DNA of 64,000 nt from an uncultured Chloroflexia bacterium (GTDB lineage: Bacteria > Chloroflexota > Anaerolineae > B4-G1 > SLSP01): assembly GCA_963751345.1 (NCBI GenBank), contig CAVVUS010000010.1, forward strand, positions 96,001 through 160,000, written 5' to 3'. Under the pieces are notes generated by a model. The model did no database searches, was not told the DNA's origin, and was given only the letters and a program-made list of their open reading frames with translations. A program made the position numbers and the translations under genes. Of this stretch, positions 19,659 to 28,837 are shown in pieces. Each line of letters starts with the position of its first letter. Positions within the stretch are counted from its first letter, which is position 1.

Positions 19659-20219
19659 ATGCGACACGAAGAAACCATCTTCTGCGGATTCGGGGGCCAG
19701 GGCGTTCTCTTCGCCGGCCAACTTCTCTCCTACGCCGGCCTCGCCGAGGGTCTCTACGTCACCTGGATCCCCTCCTACGGCCCCGAAATGCGCGGCGGCA
19801 CCGCCAACTGCACCGTCATTCTCTCCGAGGAGGAGATCGGCGCACCCGTCGTCGCCCACCCAACCGCCGCCGTCGTCTTCAACAGCCCCGCGATGGCCAA
19901 ATACGAGCCCCTGGTCAAGCCGGGCGGCCTGCTTCTCGCCAACAGCTCGCTGATCGAGGCGCGGAGTGCGCGCACCGACCTGCGCGCCGTCTACGTACCC
20001 GCCACCGACATCGCCGCCGAGCTCGGTAACATCCGTATGGCCAATATGGTCCTCCTCGGCGCCTTCGTCACCCTCACCGGCCTCGTCGCCCTCGACACCG
20101 TCAAGGACCAGCTCGACGAACACCTCTCCGACCGCCAGCGCAAATGGCTGGAGCCCAACTACCTCGCCCTCGCCCGCGGCGCCGCCCTCATCGCAGCGCG
20201 ACAGCCTGCGCCCGCCTAG
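19659..20219 (+). CDS. 2-oxoacid:ferredoxin oxidoreductase gamma subunit
   Basis: GFGGQG, PSYGPEMRGG, ANMVLLGA. Confidence 0.92.
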   Translation: MRHEETIFCGFGGQGVLFAGQLLSYAGLAEGLYVTWIPSYGPEMRGGTANCTVILSEEEIGAPVVAHPTAAVVFNSPAMAKYEPLVKPGGLLLANSSLIEARSARTDLRAVYVPATDIAAELGNIRMANMVLLGAFVTLTGLVALDTVKDQLDEHLSDRQRKWLEPNYLALARGAALIAARQPAPA

Positions 20220-20243
20220 TGGACAGTCAAGCTGATATTTGGC

Positions 20244-20354
20244 GTTCGTAGGTCGGCAGTCTGCTGCCGCTTCGACTTCAGTCGTTCCGGTGCCTCAGAA
20301 GGCGCGCCCAGCAGACTGGGCGGCGCCAGAACCGCTGAAGCGGTTACTACGAAC
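20244..20354. repeat. REP/MITE-like palindromic element between convergent operons
   Basis: Terminal inverted repeat GTTCGTAG...CTACGAAC with internal hairpins (CGGCAG..CTGCCG, CGACT..AGTCG, AACCGC..GCGGTT). Confidence 0.6.
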
Positions 20355-20430
20355 CAGGTTCACTGACCACCAGTCCCCTCGAAGTAGGTGAGACGTGGCG
20401 GCGCTACGGCTTCTGCTCGATTGCCCGCCG

Positions 20431-21630
20431 CTATCCCAGCGCGCCCGCTTCCTTCAGCCGCTCGATCTCCGCTTCCCCATACCCTAACTCCCGCAGCACC
20501 TCCACCGTGTGCTCACCTAACGCCGGCGGCGGCAGCCGGTGCGAGGCGGGCGTGTCCGAGAGCCGGATCGGCGTGCCGAGCACGCGCAACGAGCCCGCCT
20601 GCGCGTCGGCCATCTCCACCACCATCCGGTTGGCCTGCATCTGGGGGTCCTCTGCGGCCTCAGCATAGGTATGGATCGCGGCGCAAAGCACGCCCTGGGG
20701 TTCGAGGTGCGCGATCCATTCGCCGGTCGTCTTTTCCACGAACCGCGCATCCAGCAGCGCGTTGATCTCGTCTGCGTGCTCGGGACGCGTCGACTTGTCG
20801 GCGAACCGCGGATCCTCCGAGAGATCTCCCAGCTCCAACGCGACGGAGATGTCGCGCAGTGCATCGTCCGAGAAGACCGGCGAGACCTCAAGATAGCCGT
20901 CTCTTGTCCTGAACGAGCTGCGGATCGCCGCTTCCGACGCGGCTACCCCATCGTCCGAGTCGATCTTGTCGCGATTCAACTCGGTCGCTGCGTGCCATGT
21001 GTTGGTGTGATAGGCGGCACTCAGCAGGTCCGTGGAGACGCGCTGCCCCAGCCCTGTCTCTGTTCGGGCGTGGAGCGCCATCAGGATCGCGATGACCAAC
21101 AGCAGCCCCGCGGGATAGTCCGCGGAGATGCCCGCCGGCACCGGTAGCCCGCCGGGCCCCAGCGGCACGAAGAGTCCCGCGCCGGCCCGGGCCATCAGGT
21201 CGTGCCCCCCGCGCCCGCGCTCCACGTAGGGGCCCTCGTCGCCCCAGCCGCTGGAGTAGGCATAGATCAGGCCGGGGTTCAGCGCCTTGAGCGCGTCATA
21301 CCCCAACCCCAGACGCTCCATCACGCCGGGCCGGAAGTTGTGGACCACCACGTCGGCGCTCTTGATCAGGTCCAGCAGGACGCGCTTGCCGTCCGCGGTC
21401 TTCAGGTCCAGCGCCACACTCCGCTTGTTGCGGTTGAGGCTCAGGAAGGGCAGGCTCTGTCCCTTGACGTACGGCCCCCAACTCCGGCTCCAGTCGCCAC
21501 GATCGGGACGCTCGACCTTGATGACGTCCGCACCGAAATCCCCCAGGAGCTGCATGCCCATCGGTCCCTGAAAGACGTGGCTGAAATCGATGATCCGCAC
21601 GCCCTCGAGCGCGCCTCTTGGCTCGTTCAC
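20431..21630 (-). CDS. Class III CoA-transferase (CaiB/BaiF)
   Basis: [37 protein letters not shown]; GTG start after GGAGGAG. Confidence 0.93.
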   Translation of the reverse strand: MNEPRGALEGVRIIDFSHVFQGPMGMQLLGDFGADVIKVERPDRGDWSRSWGPYVKGQSLPFLSLNRNKRSVALDLKTADGKRVLLDLIKSADVVVHNFRPGVMERLGLGYDALKALNPGLIYAYSSGWGDEGPYVERGRGGHDLMARAGAGLFVPLGPGGLPVPAGISADYPAGLLLVIAILMALHARTETGLGQRVSTDLLSAAYHTNTWHAATELNRDKIDSDDGVAASEAAIRSSFRTRDGYLEVSPVFSDDALRDISVALELGDLSEDPRFADKSTRPEHADEINALLDARFVEKTTGEWIAHLEPQGVLCAAIHTYAEAAEDPQMQANRMVVEMADAQAGSLRVLGTPIRLSDTPASHRLPPPALGEHTVEVLRELGYGEAEIERLKEAGALG

Positions 21631-21650
21631 CTCTCCTCCTTGGCTCAGCG

Positions 21651-22466
21651 CTAAGCCCGCTTCCGGCTCCGCAGGTAATCCGCGACCCGGGTCTGGGTCG
21701 CTGCGTCTCCCAGGCAGACCTGCGAGGCCCGGACCTCTGCCTCGCAACTGCCGTCCAGGGTATCGTCCGGGCTGCTGTCCAGGAGCCGCTTCATCTGCGC
21801 GACCGCCAGGTCGCTGCACGCCCGAACCCCTTCCATGAAGGCGTCCACATAGTTGCCCAGCTCGCCGCGGTCGCCGACGACGTCGACCAGTCCCATCGCC
21901 TGGGCGGTGGCCGCGTCGACGATTTTCCCTGTGAAGAAGAGCTCCTTCGCCCGGCTCATCCCGATCCGTCGCGGCAGCCGGTAGCTCCCGCCCCAGCCGG
22001 AGACCATGCCCAGCCGCGCCTCCGGTTGGCCAAGCTTAGCCTCGTGGGTCGCCAAGATGAGGTCGCAGGCCAGCGCCACCTCCAGGCCGCCGCCCAGCGC
22101 ATAGCCCTCGATGACCGCGATGACCGGCACCGGAAGGGCAGCCAGGCGGTTCAGGACGCGATGGCCGTGGCGCACCCAGGGGACGATCGTCTCCGCATCC
22201 AGCGTCTTGAGCACGTTGACGTTAGCGCCTACGAGGAAATACTTGGGCAGCGCGCTCCTGACAATGACCGCCCGCAGCTCTCCCCGCGGGCATTGGGTGA
22301 GCGTGTCCAGATGTGCGTCCAACGATGCCAACACCTGCTGATCCAGCGTCGTCGGCTTACCTACCTCATCGCACTCGAAGATCAGGATTCCGGTGTCGCC
22401 CTCTTGCTCCAATCTCACCGTCGTCTGCATCTCCCGGTTCGCCTCCTGCGGTGTCTCATCAGGCAC
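21651..22466 (-). CDS. Enoyl-CoA hydratase/isomerase
   Basis: [30 protein letters not shown]. Confidence 0.92.
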   Translation of the reverse strand: MPDETPQEANREMQTTVRLEQEGDTGILIFECDEVGKPTTLDQQVLASLDAHLDTLTQCPRGELRAVIVRSALPKYFLVGANVNVLKTLDAETIVPWVRHGHRVLNRLAALPVPVIAVIEGYALGGGLEVALACDLILATHEAKLGQPEARLGMVSGWGGSYRLPRRIGMSRAKELFFTGKIVDAATAQAMGLVDVVGDRGELGNYVDAFMEGVRACSDLAVAQMKRLLDSSPDDTLDGSCEAEVRASQVCLGDAATQTRVADYLRSRKRA

Positions 22467-22711
22467 TAAGCTTGGCTGCGGAAGAGCCAGAAAGTATCGG
22501 ATGCCTGATCAATGACCTTGGCGCTGACCGATTCCGGGTCCGATCTGTTCGTCATGAACCGCATCGCGATCGACTTCGAGTAGTTCTCGGCGTCTTCGAC
22601 AGTTTGCCACGCGTACACGCCTTGACACAAGCCGGTCTTATCATTCACACACCAGTATTTCTCGCGGAAGCCGTGAAACCCCAGAAGCTCCGTGTTGAAT
22701 GTATCGGGCAC
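22466..22711 (-). CDS. Short YdhR-like dimeric alpha/beta barrel protein, possibly an N-truncated fragment
   Basis: GFREKYWCVN..TGLCQGVYAWQTVEDAENY resembles YdhR/ABM barrels. Confidence 0.45.
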   Translation of the reverse strand: MPDTFNTELLGFHGFREKYWCVNDKTGLCQGVYAWQTVEDAENYSKSIAMRFMTNRSDPESVSAKVIDQASDTFWLFRSQA

Positions 22712-22712
22712 T

Positions 22713-23948
22713 TCACTCAAACCGAAAACGCCACACAGCCAGAATGAAGAACACGGCTGCGCAGGCCGCCAGGACGCCTGCCGGCATAAGAACAGAACCG
22801 AAGCCCAGGCCACGCATAATGATGTTCTGGAACCCATCCATCGCCCAGGCGGTCGGCATAATGTGGCCGATAGCGGCGAACGTCTTGCCGGCGACCTCCA
22901 GTGGGAACCAGGCGCCGCCCATCGCAGCAAAGACGAACATCGCGACCAGGGACAGGACGATCACCTGTTCCTCTCTCCGCGAGATAGCTCCGATCAGCAG
23001 GCCCAGACTGGCAGCCCACAGAGCCAGGGCCAGCATCATGAGGAGGATTGCCCAGGGCTGGCGCAGGTAGTTCACGCCGAAGACGACCTGCCCGAGCAAC
23101 ACCAGGATCACTTCCTGGATCAGCACGATCAGGAACATAGCGAGCGTGTGTCCCGCGATGACCTCTGTCGGCCGGATGGGGGTGGTCAAAAGGCGCTGCA
23201 GTGCCCCGCTCTTGCGCTCCAATACCAGGATCATGGCAGAGGTGGTGAGGCCAAAGACCGCGAACTGCACGATCATCCCCGATGAGGACTGCACAAATCC
23301 GCTCATCGTTCCTATGGCGCTATCCTCCGTGGCTGCCCCTGTCGCCTGTTCCATCCGAACCGTGAGGGGTGGGTCATTCCAGGCAGACACGGCCTGTGCC
23401 AGCCCCTGCTCCAGGTAGGAGGTTCGCGCGGCTTCGGTTTCGAATCCGACCTCCTGATCATACGTGGCCGCACTGAGCTGAGCCGTTTCGACCGCACCCA
23501 GTAACCGGTTGACCACCGTATCGAGGCCTGTGCCGGCTGTCTGTCCCACCTGAGTGGCTTGGTCGGCCACGACGTTCAGGCTTACCTCCTGCCCGCTCAA
23601 CAGCCGGTCGCTGTAGCCTTCGGGTATCTCCACCAGGGCTGCCAGCTCTCCCCCTGCTACCTGTTTCGTGGCCTGGGCGAGATCACCGCTTTCGAGCGCG
23701 ACCGGACGAATCACGTCCGATTCGCCCATCAAGCGCACTAACTGAGGACCAACGACCCCACCAGTATCCTCGTTGATGATCCCCACGGGCAAACGGGTAT
23801 CCTGGGCCGGGGCAGCATCGTATACCCCGCCGAGGATGAAGCCGAAGAAGAGGGTGAAGAGGATCGGCATAACCACCAAGAAGAGCGCCGACTTCCAGTC
23901 CCGCGTGACTTGCTTGATATCTTTGATTGTCAGATCGAGTACTCGCAT
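22713..23948 (-). CDS. ABC-2 exporter permease
   Basis: N-terminal TM, large extracellular loop, ERKSGALQRLLTTP, C-terminal TMs. Confidence 0.92.
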   Translation of the reverse strand: MRVLDLTIKDIKQVTRDWKSALFLVVMPILFTLFFGFILGGVYDAAPAQDTRLPVGIINEDTGGVVGPQLVRLMGESDVIRPVALESGDLAQATKQVAGGELAALVEIPEGYSDRLLSGQEVSLNVVADQATQVGQTAGTGLDTVVNRLLGAVETAQLSAATYDQEVGFETEAARTSYLEQGLAQAVSAWNDPPLTVRMEQATGAATEDSAIGTMSGFVQSSSGMIVQFAVFGLTTSAMILVLERKSGALQRLLTTPIRPTEVIAGHTLAMFLIVLIQEVILVLLGQVVFGVNYLRQPWAILLMMLALALWAASLGLLIGAISRREEQVIVLSLVAMFVFAAMGGAWFPLEVAGKTFAAIGHIMPTAWAMDGFQNIIMRGLGFGSVLMPAGVLAACAAVFFILAVWRFRFE

Positions 23949-23969
23949 CGATAGTCTCCGTCCCTGTCG

Positions 23970-25250
23970 TCAGGCGAAGCGCCTGCGGAAGATCGCTACG
24001 CCGACTGTGAAAAACGCGATGCCCAAGAGGACCATCACACCTGCATAGAGGAGCACGTCGGGGGGATTGGCTCCTGATAGGGTCAACTTCCACGCCTGCA
24101 TCGCCCAGCCTTGGGGCGAGATAAGCATAATGGTGTTGAAAGATGAGGGCAGATTGGGAATGCCATTGGTGAAAAGGCCACCCAGCATGCCGGTGACGAC
24201 CAGCACGCCGCCGAGTACCGGTCCGGTCTGTCGGGTGGTCTTCACGAACGACATGACCATCACACCAAACCCCGTTGCCGCCACAATCATCGCCCCGGTG
24301 ACCAGAACGATCGTCAGCGGCTCTCCCCAGTCGATACGGAAGATGAGCATGGATGCAACCAGTAGCACGAGTGTCTGAAGGATCAGCGCCACCAACACGC
24401 CGAGGAACTTCCCACCCAGGATCATCGCCTGAGATGTGGGCGTAGTGGACAGCCGCGCCAGCGTGCCGTCCTCATCTTCGCGGACGATGCTCTCGGCGCC
24501 GTTGGCTCCCATGAAGTAGACAAAGAAGATCATCATGCCTGCCATGATGGTGCCGATCATGCCGGCTCCGGTGCCCTGTTCAGCACTCTGCCCATCTCCC
24601 TCAGGTGCAACGATCGTCATGCCGCTCGACGTATCCTCGCCCCCTCCGTGCTCGGACGTCTGCAACCAGGCCGCGTACTCTTGGGCTACAGCTGCGCCGA
24701 TTGCCTCGCCGGCGGTGGCGCCCTCGCTGGTCAACTGCGCGACGGTTACGTTGGCGGCGATCTTGGAGCCGGAGAATCCATCCAGAAAATGGTTGACCAG
24801 ATCCTTGACGATCCCCGGGCCAATGGTCAGGGTCGGGTCCTGGTAGAGGATGACGGATGCCTGGTGGTCTGGGGTGAGGACGGCTTGTGAGAAATCGGGA
24901 GGGATGATCACAGCCACGCCGGCATCCTGAGTTTTCACTGCGGCGCGCGCGCTGGCCTCGTCCGGTGCGACGGTCGTTTCGAGAACGTCTTTCAGATCGT
25001 CCCCTTGCAGGAAATCCACCAGCATCTGACCTGCAGCCAGTCCGTTTGCCTGGGCTGTAGGTTGATCCAGATTGACGACCTGCACGCGCGTCGTCGGTAT
25101 CGCCGTCCCTTCACCGCCGCCGGCCATACTGCCGAAGGCGAAGTACAGCAAGCCTGTGATAAGCAACGGCGCGCCGAACATCATCACCACGGAGAAGGGG
25201 CTGCGAAAGGTGTGCGACAGATCTTTGAGAGCGATCGCGATCGATTTCAT
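23970..25250 (-). CDS. ABC-2 exporter permease
   Basis: EDEDGTLARLSTTP..ILGGK, same topology as its neighbour. Confidence 0.92.
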   Translation of the reverse strand: MKSIAIALKDLSHTFRSPFSVVMMFGAPLLITGLLYFAFGSMAGGGEGTAIPTTRVQVVNLDQPTAQANGLAAGQMLVDFLQGDDLKDVLETTVAPDEASARAAVKTQDAGVAVIIPPDFSQAVLTPDHQASVILYQDPTLTIGPGIVKDLVNHFLDGFSGSKIAANVTVAQLTSEGATAGEAIGAAVAQEYAAWLQTSEHGGGEDTSSGMTIVAPEGDGQSAEQGTGAGMIGTIMAGMMIFFVYFMGANGAESIVREDEDGTLARLSTTPTSQAMILGGKFLGVLVALILQTLVLLVASMLIFRIDWGEPLTIVLVTGAMIVAATGFGVMVMSFVKTTRQTGPVLGGVLVVTGMLGGLFTNGIPNLPSSFNTIMLISPQGWAMQAWKLTLSGANPPDVLLYAGVMVLLGIAFFTVGVAIFRRRFA

Positions 25251-25257
25251 TGCCGGT

Positions 25258-26202
25258 TCACTCCCTCAGCGCCCTTCCGGTAAGATGTAGGAAGACCGCT
25301 TCCAGGTTGGGTTCCTGGATATCCAGGGACGTGATCCGGACACCGACCGCCGTCGCGGACTCGAACAAGCGCGGCAACACCACGTTGCTGTCTTCCACCA
25401 GCAAGGTGAGTGTCCCATCCTCTGCCGAGATGTGATGCACCCCTTCGGTAGCTTGCCAGGACTCCAGGACTTTCCCGGAGTCGGCGTCAATCGTCAAGTT
25501 GATGCGATCCAGCTCCCCCACAATCTTGACCAGCTCGTCATGGGTCCCGTAGGCGATGATCTTCCCATGATCCATGATGGCAATATGGTCGGAGAGTTCC
25601 TGGGCCTCTTCCATATAGTGCGTGGTGTACAGCACCGTCATCCCTTCTTGGTTCAGCGCCTTGACGTTGTCCAGAATGTGGCGTCTGCTTTGGGGATCGA
25701 TGCCCACGGTCGGCTCGTCCATGATAATGACCTGGGGTTTGTGCAACAGGGCGATGCCGATGTTCAAGCGGCGTTTCATTCCCCCGGAGAACGTCCCCGC
25801 CCTATCGTTCTGGCGATCGACCAACTCGATGATTTCCAGCACTTGCGCCGCCCGTTGGTGCAGGACTTCGCCCCGCAGCCCGTACATCCTGCCCCAGAAG
25901 ACCAGGTTCTCCCGTGCCGAGAGATCCGGGTAGAGCGCGATCTCCTGTGGCACGACCCCGATCGACTGCTTCACCGCCTGCGGTTGGGTCCTGATGGAAT
26001 GCCCCATGACCCTGGCATCGCCTTGCGTGGGCTGAGCCAGACAGGCGAGCATCGAAATCGTCGTGCTCTTGCCTGCACCATTAGGCCCCAATAGGCTGAA
26101 TATCTCGCCGTCCGCTACCTCGAAATCGAGCCCGTCCACGGCGTGGAGTTCGCCGAAGTCCTTGTGCAGATCTTGAACTTGAATCGCTTTTCCCTTGTCC
26201 AC
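25258..26202 (-). CDS. ABC exporter ATP-binding protein
   Basis: GPNGAGKST, FSGGMKRR, MDEPT, TTHYMEEA. Confidence 0.95.
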   Translation of the reverse strand: MDKGKAIQVQDLHKDFGELHAVDGLDFEVADGEIFSLLGPNGAGKSTTISMLACLAQPTQGDARVMGHSIRTQPQAVKQSIGVVPQEIALYPDLSARENLVFWGRMYGLRGEVLHQRAAQVLEIIELVDRQNDRAGTFSGGMKRRLNIGIALLHKPQVIIMDEPTVGIDPQSRRHILDNVKALNQEGMTVLYTTHYMEEAQELSDHIAIMDHGKIIAYGTHDELVKIVGELDRINLTIDADSGKVLESWQATEGVHHISAEDGTLTLLVEDSNVVLPRLFESATAVGVRITSLDIQEPNLEAVFLHLTGRALRE

Positions 26203-26280
26203 CGTGTTTTGCTCCTTTGTGGAAATGCTTGGGACGCGGCCCATAGACTCTCTTGCCGCATCATAGAAGGGTCACTAACC

Positions 26281-27364
26281 CTACATCTCCTCCCCCACCT
26301 GGTGGGCCTTGACCCAGTCCCAGTCCACCTCGATCCCCAATCCCGGCGCATCCCAGGGCGCGGCATACCCCTCGCCGTCGATCTCCGTCGAGGCATCGCG
26401 GATGCCGGGTGGCGAATAGTAGGTCTCGGGCACAAGGCGCTCGAAGTATTTGGTGTTGTAGATCGCGCAGGCCGCGTGCAGATGCGGGATCGCGCCGCCG
26501 TGGATCGCCGCCATCATGCCGAAGCCCTCGCAGATGTGTGCCGTCTTCAGCACGCCGGTGAGGCCGCCTTTGTAGGCGTCGAGCGGGCCCGTGAGGATGA
26601 TGTCAGCGGCGCCCATCTGGATGTGCGTCAGCGCGTCCCAGGGACCTCCGTGGGTGGCCTCGGCCAGCGCCAGCGGGATGTCGAGGGTCTGCCGGAGCCG
26701 TGCCAGCGCCGTGATGTTGAAGTGGTCCATCGGCTCCTCGTACCAGGTAGAAGTCCTGCTCCTCCAGCCGCCGCCCAAACCAGACGGCGTCCTCGAAGAG
26801 GTTGAACATGCTGGAGGCATCGTACATCAGGACGACGTCCGGCCCGACCCGGTCACGTAGTGCTTTGCACAGCGCCGCATCTTCCTCCAGACGGCCCCAG
26901 GCGTGGAGCTTGATCGCCTTGTAGCCCTTTTCCAGGCACTCGTCGGCCAACGCCATGTACGCGTCGAGCGAGTCGAGGGTCACCGTACTGGCATAGGCCG
27001 GGACCTTGTCGCGCATCCCGCCGGCCAGCTTGTAGACGGGCTGGTTATGGACCTTGCCCGCCAGGTCCCAGAGCGCACAGTCCACCGCGCCCACCGCCAG
27101 GCCGAGCCGGCTGGTGCGCAGGTTGCGCCAGAACTTGTGCCAGATGCGCTCGCGGTTGAGCGGGTCCTCGCCGACGAGCTGGTACTTGATCTCCTCGATG
27201 CTTGCGCCACTGCTGTAGGGCGACCAGCCCTCGACGCCCTCATCGGTCAGGATGCGGAGCAGCGCGGTGTGCGCCATCGAGCCCGAGGGCATGATCCCGT
27301 CACGCCAGTGGTAGGGGCCCCGTTCCCATTCGATATGGTGGATGTGGATGCCGGTAATTCTCAT
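26281..27364 (-). CDS. Mandelate racemase/muconate lactonizing enolase-superfamily enzyme (frameshift near 26746)
   Basis: DCALWDLAGK, KAIKLH, LMYD, WYEEP, PGLGIEVD across ORFs 26603-27364 and 26281-26820. Confidence 0.85.
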
Positions 27365-27512
27365 CGATACCTCCCTTTGGTGCTAAGGGTTGGGCAGCTA
27401 AGCCTACGGAGTTAGCGTCGAGTGTACACCAGGCTGCGCGACTGTGCCATCTTCTATGCCGAATCGGGTGCCTATCAGGATAGGGGCGTAACGGCCGCGC
27501 CCGGCGATGAGG

Positions 27513-27641
27513 GCCGCCTGGCGATGAAGTCGCCAGGCTAGGAGGCAACGCCCCGTGAACGGGGCTGACCACGGTGCGAGGTATCTGAAGCCCGATTGAT
27601 CGGGCGCTACCTTGTAGCACGGGAATTGATTCCCGTGCGGC
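27513..27641. repeat. REP-like multi-hairpin element
   Basis: GCCTGGCGA-tgaag-TCGCCAGGCTA, GCCCCG-tgaa-CGGGGC, GCCCGAT-tg-ATCGGGC, TAGCACGGGAAT-tg-ATTCCCGTGC. Confidence 0.6.
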
Positions 27642-27664
27642 TTCGAGGCGAAACGCGCCTGGAC

Positions 27665-27790
27665 CTGTCCCCCACCGCTCCCCACCCGCCGCCGCTCGGC
27701 ACGCCTGGCCCGCTGTCGCCGAGCCCACGCCACGTGTGAAATCGTCTCTCGTTCGCACCTTCGTGGCCACTTTCCCCCACCGCCGCCCAC
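27665..27790 (+). repeat. 126-bp imperfect direct repeat, copy A (phased CCAC boxes)
   Basis: Matches 28632-28757 at both ends; shared core CCACTTTCCCCCACYGCCGCCCAC. Confidence 0.65.
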
Positions 27791-27943
27791 ATCCCACAAC
27801 AAAGGACGGCGGCCACTCTGTAGCCGCCGTCGCCGTCGACTTGTCCCACGAAACACCTGGAGCTGTCCCGGCATCCCTAACCCCTTCCCCAGCTCGTCAT
27901 ATAGCTCGTCAAGCAGCCGGTCGCTTGTTTCCTGTTTGTCTCA

Positions 27944-27972
27944 ATGATAGATCATATGTTCTATCCAATCAA
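27944..27972 (-). promoter_or_regulatory. Leftward sigma70 promoter with LexA box
   Basis: TTGATT-N17-TATCAT on the minus strand; AGATC-ATAT-GTTCT at 27949-27962 is one mismatch from AGAAC-N4-GTTCT. Confidence 0.65.
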
Positions 27973-27998
27973 GTCTGGAGCCAGAGGGGGGTGGAGGG

Positions 27999-28027
27999 TT
28001 GATTGGGTAGAACATGTGTTCTATACT
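27999..28027 (+). promoter_or_regulatory. Rightward sigma70 promoter with perfect LexA box
   Basis: TTGATT-N17-TATACT; AGAAC-ATGT-GTTCT at 28009-28022 lies in the spacer. Confidence 0.8.
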
Positions 28028-28104
28028 GAGACTATGAATACGCAGCACTGCCGCCGCAACCCGCATCCCGTGCAGCATAACCTGTCCCTGCGAAAGGAAC
28101 CCTA

Positions 28105-28605
28105 ATGGATATCCAAGCCCTCAAGCGAATCCTGAAACGCGTCGAGACCAAGACCACGACGCCCACCGACGCTGAAGCCCTGCGCGCCATCTTCCGCCCC
28201 TACCTCGACCCTGACCGCGCCACCCCTGCCGGCGAAGAGGCCCACCACGACGACAAGTTCAACCGCCGCGTCGGTTCCCGCGCCATCGTCGACCTCGGCT
28301 TCACCCGCGCCCGCTATCATCGTGGCGAATTCCGCGTCCAGGCCACTTATCACCACACCGACGGCGCCTCCAGCACCGACAGCAGCCACCGGGTCCCGAT
28401 CCGCGGCCCGCTCGCCGGCATCATCGTCGACCTCTGGGAGACCATCTTCGACGCCACCGCTGTGGCGGCCCAGAACGACCCCGCCACCCTCACGCTGCGC
28501 ATCGACGGCACCGGCCTCGAGTGCCCATGGTCCCACCTCCTTCGCGCCGCCGCCGAGATCGTCGCTCACGAACTCCACACCCTCCTCGAGGCCCCCGGGC
28601 CGTGA
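28105..28605 (+). CDS. Hypothetical protein, probably SOS-inducible
   Basis: AAAGGA RBS, strong third-position C codon bias, first ORF after the LexA-box promoter; no recognised family. Confidence 0.7.
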   Translation: MDIQALKRILKRVETKTTTPTDAEALRAIFRPYLDPDRATPAGEEAHHDDKFNRRVGSRAIVDLGFTRARYHRGEFRVQATYHHTDGASSTDSSHRVPIRGPLAGIIVDLWETIFDATAVAAQNDPATLTLRIDGTGLECPWSHLLRAAAEIVAHELHTLLEAPGP

Positions 28606-28631
28606 CCGGCGCACCTCGGACCGCGCCGGTG

Positions 28632-28757
28632 CTCATCCCCACGGTGCCCCACCCGGCAGACCCACGCACGCCTGCCGTCGTCGCCCCTCGTCCACCGCGA
28701 CGCCCAAAAAGGCCGTCCCTGACGTGTTCCTGTCCACTTTCCCCCACTGCCGCCCAC
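28632..28757 (+). repeat. 126-bp imperfect direct repeat, copy B
   Basis: See copy A; followed by a perfect 15-bp stem at 28780-28813 and then the RBS. Confidence 0.65.
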
Positions 28758-28837
28758 GCGCAGCGCACCCTGTGAAACACTGCAGGGCGGTCACACCCGT
28801 GACCGCCCTGCAGCCCCCGAACGACCAAGGAGGACCG

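Noticed and set aside
15849-20123. Long minus-strand ORFs of 680 and 687 aa
   Set aside because: Antisense shadows of well-supported GC-rich genes; no recognisable motifs.
18860-20220. Strong C-rich strand skew
   Set aside because: Explained by third-position C codon preference in ordinary genes.
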